A stretch of DNA of 64,000 nt from Desulfobacterales bacterium. GTDB taxonomy: Bacteria > Desulfobacterota > Desulfobacteria > Desulfobacterales > UBA5852. The notes under the pieces were generated by a model. That model was not told where the DNA came from. It saw nothing but the letters and a program-made list of their open reading frames with translations, and made no database searches. Shown here in pieces: positions 19,779 through 28,034 of the stretch (the first letter of the stretch is position 1; the number at the start of each line of letters is the position of its first letter). The stretch spans positions 736,001-800,000 of the forward strand of contig CAXXVS010000001.1 in the NCBI GenBank assembly GCA_963674755.2, written 5' to 3'. Made by a program: the position numbers and the translations under genes.

Positions 19779-20534
19779 ATGGGCGATACCATGCGCAAGC
19801 TTGCGGCCTTTCTACGCGACCTGACGGTCACCCTGCTGCTCTGGTTGTATTTCACCCTGGGCTTTATCGTCTTTTTCCTGCCGTTCTATAGCGGGGCGTA
19901 TTTTTTTTCATCGTCGCCTGAAGCCGCCTTCCAGAAGCTCAATCATTATTTCTACCGCATCTTCTTCCACTATTTCCGGCTGCTGATGCCGGGCCTCACG
20001 ATCCGCATCGATCCCGCCCTGCGGCGGCTGCGCGGGGCCGTGGTGGTCAGCAACCATCATTCCTACCTCGATCCCCTGCTCTTCCAGTCCGTCTTCGAGA
20101 GGCAGACCACCATCGTCAAGAGCGCCTTTTTTCGGGTGCCGATTTTCGGCTGGTTCATCAAGACCGCCGGCTACATGCCGGCTTCGGCCGAGGGCCCCTT
20201 CGCTGATCTGATGCTGCAGCGCATGGCGACCCTGCGGGATTTCTTCGCTGACGGGGGCGTGATGTTCGTCTTCCCGGAGGGCACCCGCCGCCCCGGGCGG
20301 CCCATCCAGGCGCTGCACGAAGGCGCTTTCAAGATCGCCCGACGCTGCCGGGTACCGCTGGCCGTGGTGCGCTTGCGCAACACGGAGCGCGTTTTCGCCC
20401 CCGGGCGTTTTCTATTCCGCACCACAGCGCCCGTAACGATCGCGATCGATCTGGTGCAGCAGTTCGAAAACGCCGGAGCCCTGTCGGCCGCAGAGCTCAA
20501 GCTTGCGGTGCTGGAAGCCCTCCGCCCGGTGTGA
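19779..20534 (+). CDS. PlsC-like lysophospholipid acyltransferase
   Basis: NHHSYLD and FPEGTR motifs. Confidence 0.9.
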   Translation: MGDTMRKLAAFLRDLTVTLLLWLYFTLGFIVFFLPFYSGAYFFSSSPEAAFQKLNHYFYRIFFHYFRLLMPGLTIRIDPALRRLRGAVVVSNHHSYLDPLLFQSVFERQTTIVKSAFFRVPIFGWFIKTAGYMPASAEGPFADLMLQRMATLRDFFADGGVMFVFPEGTRRPGRPIQALHEGAFKIARRCRVPLAVVRLRNTERVFAPGRFLFRTTAPVTIAIDLVQQFENAGALSAAELKLAVLEALRPV

Positions 20535-20590
20535 ACCTTCCGGCGGATTCCATCAAACCCAAAACCCAATTGATCTCGATAAGATAATGT

Positions 20591-20752
20591 ACCTTGCGGC
20601 ACTCCTTTGCGACCCACCTGATCCAGCAGGGTTACGACATCCGGTCTGTCCCGGAATTGTTGGAACACAAAAGCATCAAAACCACCCAGATTGATACACA
20701 CGTTCTCAATCGCGGTGGGCAAGGGGTTTTAAGCCCAACCGACAATCTTTGA
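20591..20752 (+). pseudogene. intI: 3' remnant of an integron integrase (IntI)
   Basis: [53 protein letters not shown]; IntI-type tail HVLNRGG.GV.SP.D; catalytic Tyr replaced by Asp; in-frame stop just upstream. Confidence 0.85.
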
Positions 20753-20999
20753 CCGCGATAGGTCATATTCTATCTGGGAAAGTATAGGGATGCCATTGAA
20801 ATCCAATCGGTATCCTGATAACTGCAAAAAAGTGTTTTTCCCCAAACAAGCCGGTCGATCCCGCCTTACCGCGTCAGCGGTTGTTGATTGAAGACTAACG
20901 CACCGCATGTATTTGTAATTATCGTAAGTAACCCGGCAAAAATGTGGGAAGGTTATGCGTCAAAAGGTGACGCATCTACTAAGACAATATGGAGACGAC

Positions 21000-21446
21000 A
21001 TGAAGAAAACAAACAAGATCGGGATAATTATTTGTGATCGTTATCGAAGATGTGGGGGAGGAAAATGTTTCAGGTCACTCAAAAACAGGGAGGGTGCATT
21101 CAGCAGATACAAGGATATGGAAGTCGAAATCGTTGGATACACCAGTTGCGACGGATGTCCCGGGGGTAACGTAGAATATGCTGTGGATGAAATGAAAGCA
21201 AATGGAGCGGAAATAATTCATCTGGCCACCGGTTTGATTGTCGGATATCCTCCATGTCCTCATATCGTCTATTTTCATGACTATATCGAATCCAAATATG
21301 GCCTTGAAGTCGTATACGGTACCCACCCTATACCGGAGAAGTATTTGAAGATGCATGAAAAACTGGGGACATGGAACAATGATGAATGGCAAGTTATCAT
21401 TGGTTCGACAATGAATGATGAAAAGATGCGCTTGGCCTATAACTGA
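21000..21446 (+). CDS. CGGC domain protein (cassette-like, low GC)
   Basis: C....RCGGGKC, SCDGCPG, HLATG, PPCP, GTH; GGAG RBS; preceded by GTTATGC core at 20952. Confidence 0.88.
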   Translation: MKKTNKIGIIICDRYRRCGGGKCFRSLKNREGAFSRYKDMEVEIVGYTSCDGCPGGNVEYAVDEMKANGAEIIHLATGLIVGYPPCPHIVYFHDYIESKYGLEVVYGTHPIPEKYLKMHEKLGTWNNDEWQVIIGSTMNDEKMRLAYN

Positions 21447-21487
21447 TAAAAAAATATCATTTTTAAACAGTTGGTACCCATTATAAA

Positions 21488-21549
21488 GTATAACAAAGCG
21501 TTAGCAGCGAAGCGCAAAAAGCCGTGCCCGCTGAAAAGCGGCATTATAC
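21488..21549 (+). other. attC-like recombination site (degenerate)
   Basis: R'' GTATAAC ... R' (A)TTATAC, with the G of GTT mutated; 62-bp imperfect palindrome with CAGCG/CGCTG inner arms, just after the cassette ORF. Confidence 0.7.
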
Positions 21550-21630
21550 CTCATTTCGAGCAGCTCATAAAAATGGCTGACGAAGCGCTCTACACCGCGA
21601 AGAAAAACGGACGCGACCAGTGCGTAACCA
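21550..21630 (+). pseudogene. GGDEF domain C-terminal fragment
   Basis: FEQLIKMADEALYTAKKNGRDQCV matches the ADxALYxAKxxGRN tail; the rest of the domain is absent. Confidence 0.7.
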
Positions 21631-21702
21631 GCGCTCCCGGGGGACATTCACGCCCTGAACATTTTAACCTTAATGGCCAGGATTACGGAAACGAGTACCA
21701 TT

Positions 21703-21778
21703 GAGGAACCCGCTGCGGGAAAACTATACACCGGGATCTGCGCGGGAGGCGTCGGGTAACCGTCGTTCATAGTGCGAC
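21703..21778 (+). mobile_element. Degenerate group II intron 3' end (domains V-VI)
   Basis: GAGGAACCCGCTGCGGGAAAACTATACACCGGGATCTGCGCGGGAGGCGTCGGGTAACCGTCGTTCATAGTGCGAC follows the DV/DVI pattern GAGGAGCCGGATGCGGGAAA...GGATCTGTGCGGGGGGCG..GGTAAC..CG..CCTACCGCGAC. Confidence 0.7.
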
Positions 21779-21998
21779 CCTGTAAAATTTGCCAATCCCG
21801 GAAGAGCACGCCTATGCATGGGGGGGCAAGAACTTGGCCCAGGGGTTGCCGGCAGGGAATCCGGCAAGGGTCGATGCGCAAACCTGTTGGGTAAACCGGA
21901 ACATTGGCGGGAATAGAGGGAGCCGCAGGGGCCAGGTCTGCACTATTGGGAAATCATAGCTGTGGAGCGTGTGGACCGGGCTCTCCCCTTACATCTAT

Positions 21999-22583
21999 AT
22001 GGATATCATTTTACAGGTTTGGGGAGGCGCTTTTTACCTTTTAAACAAGGTCTTTTTTGCGTTTGCCGAAGGGAGAAAGCAAAAAACCAAGCGCCAGCTA
22101 AAAATTGCGGGATGGTCTATTTACATATTAGGCGTCCCGGCCTGGGTGCTCATTCTGGTCGGCAAGCATGACTGGATCGCCGCCTCGATCGAGGCTGGCG
22201 GGGTTCCTTCAATGCTATTGGGGCTCTTTACCGTCTACTACAATGCAGACGCTCTGAATACGATTTTGGATCGAACGGCCGCCCTATTCACCTATGGTTT
22301 TTTGGTGATGGGCGTATCTTACAGCGTATATGACTATGGCGGCATCACATCGGTCTCCCAACTCTTTGAAATGGGCGTGATGATCGGCTTCCTGATCGGA
22401 AGCTACCTTTTGGCCAAGAACAATCCATATGGTTGGGTGTTTTTCATGCTGATGAACGGAAGCATGGCGTCGCTGATGTTGATCCAGCATCGACCGCTCT
22501 TATTTTTTCAGCAGCTCATGTCGTTGGGTTTCGTCATTTACGGTTTCGCGGCTTCATTTAAATCGACACGGCGTAAATGCTAA
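21999..22583 (+). CDS. Multi-TM membrane protein (PnuC-like repeat architecture), cassette-like
   Basis: About 6-7 hydrophobic segments; stop codon lies within TGCTAAC (R''-like). Confidence 0.7.
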   Translation: MDIILQVWGGAFYLLNKVFFAFAEGRKQKTKRQLKIAGWSIYILGVPAWVLILVGKHDWIAASIEAGGVPSMLLGLFTVYYNADALNTILDRTAALFTYGFLVMGVSYSVYDYGGITSVSQLFEMGVMIGFLIGSYLLAKNNPYGWVFFMLMNGSMASLMLIQHRPLLFFQQLMSLGFVIYGFAASFKSTRRKC

Positions 22584-22663
22584 CCAGGTGCTGCTGCCGA
22601 TGCGGATTCGCCGTACCGGAACGCACCACTTTTGGCCGGGAAATGACAATTGTTGAGTTATGC
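22578..22663 (+). other. Possible degenerate attC-like site
   Basis: TGCTAACCAGGTGCTGCTGCCGA start typical of attC 5' halves; GTTATGC at 22657 before the next ORF; palindrome eroded. Confidence 0.4.
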
Positions 22664-22680
22664 GTACGCAGGAAAAAGAA

Positions 22681-23055
22681 ATGAGCCAAATCGGGTATCT
22701 TAGAATATTTTCGGATGGCAACGGATGCTCGCACTTTGAGCGGAAATCGATCGCGTTGGAGACGCAGGACTATGCCCCTCCGGCACCGCCCCTGAATACC
22801 TCAACATCGCAGCCGGCCGATAAAGCAGTATTTCTCGAGCTTCCAGCCGGATGGTACGGTGATTGGCACCCGACACCGGTCAGGCAGTGGCTGATCCTGA
22901 TGACCGGCGAATGTGAATTCGAAGCCGGCGACGGTGAGCAGGTCCTTTGCAGCGCCGGCGACGTCGTACTGCTCGACGATATCACCGGCCAAGGACATCA
23001 GACGAAAGTGATCGGAGACAACCCGGTTCGCATGGCGGCCATTCATTTTTCTTGA
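22681..23055 (+). CDS. Cupin domain protein
   Basis: WHPTPVRQW...GE.E.EAGDGE...GDVVLLDD.TG.GH. Confidence 0.85.
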   Translation: MSQIGYLRIFSDGNGCSHFERKSIALETQDYAPPAPPLNTSTSQPADKAVFLELPAGWYGDWHPTPVRQWLILMTGECEFEAGDGEQVLCSAGDVVLLDDITGQGHQTKVIGDNPVRMAAIHFS

Positions 23056-23091
23056 TCAGGAAGACTTCCCCCAAAGCGTTTTCAATAAAAA

Positions 23092-23508
23092 ATGAAATTA
23101 GACATAATAACAAATTGTTCCGGAGTCGATTGGCAGGCCGTCGCGGACACGCTTAAACTCGTCGAGATGGCGTATCATGAACCGGAGGTTCACAGGCGCG
23201 CTTTCGAGGCGAGTCACACGACGGTTTTCATTTATGCGCAGGCGCGGTTGATCGGCTTCGGACGAGCCCTGTCCGATGGCGAGTACCAAGGGGCCATTTA
23301 CGACGTCGCCGTCGTTCCCGAAGCCCAAGGCCAGGGAATCGGAAAGATCATCATTCAAACCATTTCTGAGCGACTTCCGAACTGTAATCTGATCCTCTAC
23401 GCAACGCCCGGGATGGAAGGCTTCTATCGGAAGCTGGGGTTCGGATTGATGAAGACGGGAATGGCCCGCTTCACCCACCCGCAAGCAATGCGAAAATTCA
23501 CGGAATAG
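23092..23508 (+). CDS. GNAT family N-acetyltransferase
   Basis: IGFGRALSDG, DVAVVPEAQGQGIG, FYRKLGF. Confidence 0.9.
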   Translation: MKLDIITNCSGVDWQAVADTLKLVEMAYHEPEVHRRAFEASHTTVFIYAQARLIGFGRALSDGEYQGAIYDVAVVPEAQGQGIGKIIIQTISERLPNCNLILYATPGMEGFYRKLGFGLMKTGMARFTHPQAMRKFTE

Positions 23509-23736
23509 CCGGCCGGTCGAAATCCCCGGATCCCCTCGCAACCCGCTCTCCTTTTCCCGTTTGTGTTCCCCGAAGACGATGGCCGCCCTGCGGCAGCGTC
23601 GGTAGCCGGTGGCGCGTCCCATGCCTTCCGCCGTATCGCAAAAATAGCAGATGTCGTCAGTTAGCTAAACTTTAAATATTGAAAGGCATTTATTTTATAT
23701 AATTTCCACAATCACTGAATATAATTGCTATCTTCC

Positions 23737-23766
23737 TTGACAATCGTGCCGCATTTTTAATATAAA
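23737..23766 (+). promoter_or_regulatory. Candidate sigma70 promoter in an AT-rich region upstream of the 24-26 kb operon
   Basis: TTGACA-N18-TATAAA. Confidence 0.5.
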
Positions 23767-24056
23767 TGTAATAATTATAGGTAATTCTGTGGTGCTTGGA
23801 TTAGGCGGGCGACATGCAACGGTGTGCTTGCGATGGCTGGGCCCCAGCGATTCCTGCATTTCTTACTTGCCTTTATTCCTGTCTCTTGGCGGGCCATCTC
23901 AATCTGACAGTTTTGTCAGGCGATCCGCATCTCCCTGCCGACCGCCCTGTTTGTGACATTCAGCAGTGGCATGCCGCCCGTGACGCGGCCCGGTAAAGCC
24001 TCCTGGAAATTGCGGAACGGGGCCGGGCGAACTTCTCTATCTTCGGGGATACGATC

Positions 24057-24515
24057 ATGGCCAATCTTGCCGATGTGCGATTCAAAAAATCAGAGCATGC
24101 TTCCAGCCGCGAATTCGCCTTTGATACGAATATGCTGAAACTTTTCATGGCGGTCGACGGGCAAAAGACTGTGCGGGAAGTTTCCCGGGAAGTGGGGCTG
24201 CGTCAACCGGTATTCAAGGATACCTTCATCAAGCTTCTCAAACTGGGTCTGATCGAACAGATCGGAACCGAAGAGGCCTGCGTCGATCCGTCCTTCATCG
24301 ACGCGCTGCGGGAAACCCTCATCCAGCTTGTGGGCCCCTTGGGAGAGGTTCTGATGATCGACTCCGCCCAAGACCTGGGATGGAAGATGGATCATATCCC
24401 GATGTCGGGTCTGGCCGAATTTGTGTCGGCAGTGGCCCGGGAGATCCCCAGCGACAAGCAGAGCAACGAATTTAAAAAGCGGATGCTCAAAGAGATGCAG
24501 GCCCTGGGGGTGTAG
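24057..24515 (+). CDS. Hypothetical protein (winged-helix-like N-terminus plus helical C-terminal domain)
   Basis: VDGQKTVREVSREVG...LLKLGLIE; VGPLGEVLM C-terminal motif. Confidence 0.75.
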   Translation: MANLADVRFKKSEHASSREFAFDTNMLKLFMAVDGQKTVREVSREVGLRQPVFKDTFIKLLKLGLIEQIGTEEACVDPSFIDALRETLIQLVGPLGEVLMIDSAQDLGWKMDHIPMSGLAEFVSAVAREIPSDKQSNEFKKRMLKEMQALGV

Positions 24516-24559
24516 CACGCTTGCGAAGGTTCAACGCTATCCAGCATGGGAGAGGTGCC

Positions 24560-25174
24560 ATGAAAGGCTCCAGCAATATCCTGCGGCGGTTCGGCCTCGT
24601 CCTATTGGTCACCACCTTCCTTCTCGGCGGCAGCCGGCGGGGCGCCCTTTCCCAGGAAAAGCTCGCGGGGTTCGACCTGCAGGTGCACGAAATGGCCATG
24701 GCCTGTCGGGACCAGGTGGCCGCCGCGATGCTGAAGTTGGTCAAGGGCAACACGCTCACCCTGGCCCAGCTCTTCGACACCTTTTACATTCCCATTCCCG
24801 ATACCGATCCCCAAAAATACCACACCCAATACGACCGCTATACCGACGAGACCATCCGGATTATTCTGGACAACTATCTGTCGAAGGACGAGCGCATCAA
24901 GTTCGTGGTTGCCGTCGATAAAAACGGCTACCTCCCCACCCACAACAGCCGGTACTCAAAACCGCTCACCGGTGACGGGGCTTACGACACCCAGAACAAT
25001 CGCACCAAACGGATGTTCAACGACCGCACCGGACTTGCCGCGGCGCGCAATGAGAAACCGTATCTGCTTCAAAGCTACAGCCGGGATACGGGCGAGGTGA
25101 TGAAGGACCTTTCCGTGCCGATTTATATCGATGGCCGGCATTGGGGGGCCATCCGCATCGGTTACCAACCCTGA
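24560..25174 (+). CDS. Exported stand-alone Cache-like sensor domain protein (MCP-associated type)
   Basis: Signal peptide; FDT.Y.PI..T.P.KYHT.YD, VD.NGYLPTHN, NRTKR.FND, HWGAIRIGY; GAGG RBS. Confidence 0.8.
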   Translation: MKGSSNILRRFGLVLLVTTFLLGGSRRGALSQEKLAGFDLQVHEMAMACRDQVAAAMLKLVKGNTLTLAQLFDTFYIPIPDTDPQKYHTQYDRYTDETIRIILDNYLSKDERIKFVVAVDKNGYLPTHNSRYSKPLTGDGAYDTQNNRTKRMFNDRTGLAAARNEKPYLLQSYSRDTGEVMKDLSVPIYIDGRHWGAIRIGYQP

Positions 25175-25240
25175 CGGTGGTTTAAGCGGCGCTTGCTTAT
25201 TCCCGAAACGAAGCCATCAACGCCTACAAAGGATGATCAC

Positions 25241-26140
25241 ATGAGCATCATTTCCGGAAGCATCAGTACAAAGGTCGCCATTGTGGTTAATTTTTTTCTC
25301 CTCCTGGTCATTGCGGCGGGCAGCTATTTCCTGGTGGTGCAGCAGCGTCAAAGCCTCGAAGAAGAACTGCTCAACAAAGGCCGCATGCAGTCCGTGGTGG
25401 GGGCCAAGATGGTAGGGAAAATCCTGGAAGAAGCCATCGACAACGGCGTCTTCACGGTCACGCAAGCCTTTGACACCGATTATCAGCCGATCGGCAATTT
25501 TGACCCGCCCAAATTTCATACCCAATACGACTTCTATACCGACAAGGCCGTTTTGGGGATCATCGACGAATTCCTGCTGGACGACAGCGTGGTCTTTGCC
25601 GTCCCGGTGGATATCAACGGCTACCTGCCGACCCACAATACCCGCTATCAGCAGCCCATCACCGGTGATGTGGACAAGGACCGCGTGGGCAACCGGACCA
25701 AGCGGGTCTTCAACGATCCGGTGGGTTTGAAAGCGGCCCAGAATGAAGAACGGGGCTTCCTGCAGGTCTACCACCGGGATACCGGCAAAGTGATGTGGGA
25801 CGTCTCCTCGCCTATTTACGTCAAAGGCAAGCATTGGGGCGGGTTCCGCATCGGTCTTTCCCTCGATACGATCGAGCGGGCCAAGAACGATCTGATGAAA
25901 AATCTTCTCATCGTGATGGGCGTCATCCTGCTGGTATCGAGCCTGGTCACCCATGTGGCGGTCAATCTGGCCCTGGCACCCCTCAAGCGGCTCACCGGCG
26001 CCGCCCAGGACCTGGCCGATGCGAAGCATCTTGACAGAGAGATCCTCGTCACCCGCAAAGATGAGATTGGACGGCTGCAGGAAGTGCTGGAGCGGTTGCG
26101 CTTGAGCATGCTGGTGGTTCTTAAAAAGATGAAGCGTTAG
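25241..26140 (+). CDS. Membrane sensor: TM, the same Cache-like domain, TM, HAMP; no output domain
   Basis: Shares GYLPTHN/NRTKR/HWGGFRIG with the upstream gene; HAMP PLKRL...DEIGRL; protein ends about 20 aa later. Confidence 0.85.
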   Translation: MSIISGSISTKVAIVVNFFLLLVIAAGSYFLVVQQRQSLEEELLNKGRMQSVVGAKMVGKILEEAIDNGVFTVTQAFDTDYQPIGNFDPPKFHTQYDFYTDKAVLGIIDEFLLDDSVVFAVPVDINGYLPTHNTRYQQPITGDVDKDRVGNRTKRVFNDPVGLKAAQNEERGFLQVYHRDTGKVMWDVSSPIYVKGKHWGGFRIGLSLDTIERAKNDLMKNLLIVMGVILLVSSLVTHVAVNLALAPLKRLTGAAQDLADAKHLDREILVTRKDEIGRLQEVLERLRLSMLVVLKKMKR

Positions 26141-26327
26141 ATGCCGGGCGCGATCGGCCCGTTAAGGTTTTCCCGCTAAAGGTCGGGCGCTTCCACCCTG
26201 CAGGCGCAACATCAGCGCCCATTACGCCGTCGTGGGCGGCAGGCCGCCGCTCTCTCACTCATTTTCCGCTTTGGGCCGCCATTGATATCATCACTTCGGC
26301 GCGGCAGGTCGCTATCAGGAGGATTTT

Positions 26328-27098
26328 ATGGAATTGGGATTGCGCGGCAAGCGCGCCCTGATCACCGGTGGCTCCAGGGGTATCGGTTTGGCCTGCGCCA
26401 AGGCATTTGCCGCCGAAGGATGTCATTTGCACCTGGTGGCAAGAGGCCTTGCGCAGTTGGAGAAGGCCAAAGACGAAATCAGGGCGCTTGCGGCCGTCCA
26501 CGTGACGACCCATGGGATCGACCTCAGCCGGCCCAAGGCGGCCGAGGCGACCGTCGCGGCCTGTGGCCCCGTCGACGTGCTGGTCAACAATGCCGGTGCG
26601 ATTCCGGGCGGTTCCATCGAAACCGTGGACGAGGCACGCTGGCGTGAAGCCTGGGATCTGAAGGTCTTCGGCTACATCAACATGACCCGCGCCGTCCTGC
26701 CGGGCATGGTCGAACGGAAAGGCGGCGTGATCGTCAATATCATCGGCCTGGCGGGCGCCAAGCCGAGCTGCGACTATATCTGCGGAGCGGCCGGTAATGC
26801 GGCCCTGATGGCGTTCACAAGGGGCTTGGGGGCGGGCACCACACGCCGCGGGGTGCGTGTCGTGGGGGTCAATCCCAGCGTGACGCGAACCGCCCGCACG
26901 ATCGAGCTGTACAAAGCGAGGGCCCAAGCCGCCTACGGCGATGCATCCCGTTGGGAGGAGATGCTTGCCGATCTTCCCTTCGGCCGCCAGGCCGACCCCG
27001 AGGAGGTGGCGGCCCTGGTGGTGTTCTGTGCTTCCGGGCGCGCTTCCTATCTCAGCGGCACGGTGATCGACATCGACGGCGGGACCCTTTATCGCTGA
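26328..27098 (+). CDS. Short-chain dehydrogenase/reductase (atypical YxxxN-type active site)
   Basis: TGGSRGIG, LVNNAG, YICGAAGNAAL, IDIDGG. Confidence 0.9.
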   Translation: MELGLRGKRALITGGSRGIGLACAKAFAAEGCHLHLVARGLAQLEKAKDEIRALAAVHVTTHGIDLSRPKAAEATVAACGPVDVLVNNAGAIPGGSIETVDEARWREAWDLKVFGYINMTRAVLPGMVERKGGVIVNIIGLAGAKPSCDYICGAAGNAALMAFTRGLGAGTTRRGVRVVGVNPSVTRTARTIELYKARAQAAYGDASRWEEMLADLPFGRQADPEEVAALVVFCASGRASYLSGTVIDIDGGTLYR

Positions 27099-27251
27099 GG
27101 CCGCCCCGGAAGATGCCCGGCCCACCCCGATGCTTCCCATGATGACCGTCTTCCCCGCAGGGTAGGGAAAGACCTACTGTTTTTTTGCTGGAAAGTCCCT
27201 TATGCTCACGGTCGTCGATCTTCCCCAGCGATGCCGGGCAGCGGAAACACT

Positions 27252-27851
27252 TCAAGCGGGCGGCGAAACAGCAGGGCGGGCCGCCATCCGGTTGATGACG
27301 ATCCGGTGGGACTTGCCGAAGGCCATGACCTCTTCGGGCTTGAAGCCGCCTGACGTGTAGACGGCCATGAAGCGGGGCGCAGCGAGCATGTGCAGAATGA
27401 AGGACAGGTGCCCGGAATAACCGTTGGCATCCAGGCGTTGCAGATCGGCGATGGTGTCCTCGGCGATGCGCATGACCTGGCGGTTGAGAACGGGGGGCTG
27501 CTCTTGGGAGCAGCGGTGCAGGCTGTAAATGCGGCGGCAGGCCAAGGGGCGGATGGGATAGATCAGGCAGGCCTTGGTTTTCATGAGAAAGGGGCAGGGG
27601 GACGGCGCACCGCTCTCGCGTTTGTGCATGTCCCGCTTGAGGGCCTTTTTGAGGCTGACCTGGCGGGGACGGGGCAATTGGGCGATGCGCGCACGGATCC
27701 GCAGCCCTTCCAGGGTGGTGGCGTCGATCCGGCCGGCGTCCGTACAGCAATAGGCGCAGCCCTCGGCGCAGGCGGCGCCGCGGCGGAAATCGGCCGTCGC
27801 CTGTTCGAAAGATTGGTAGATGGCCTCTAAGGCATCGAAACGGTCTTGCAT
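27252..27851 (-). CDS. YkgJ family cysteine-cluster (CxxxCxxCC) protein
   Basis: ACAEGCAYCC, CPFL, CLIYPIRPLACR. Confidence 0.88.
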   Translation of the reverse strand: MQDRFDALEAIYQSFEQATADFRRGAACAEGCAYCCTDAGRIDATTLEGLRIRARIAQLPRPRQVSLKKALKRDMHKRESGAPSPCPFLMKTKACLIYPIRPLACRRIYSLHRCSQEQPPVLNRQVMRIAEDTIADLQRLDANGYSGHLSFILHMLAAPRFMAVYTSGGFKPEEVMAFGKSHRIVINRMAARPAVSPPA

Positions 27852-28034
27852 TTTAAAGTTCCCCCATCATATCCGGCTTGGCTTGGCCGTGTTTTCCGGC
27901 CCGGCCCCGAGGATAACCACGTCGGTCAATGGCGATCCCCTATCGTTTTGATCCGCGGAAAGCAATGGGGGAAATGCGAGCGCCTTGCGACGCAACAACT
28001 TCATCCCGCACAGGTACCAGAGACCATAGGGTCA

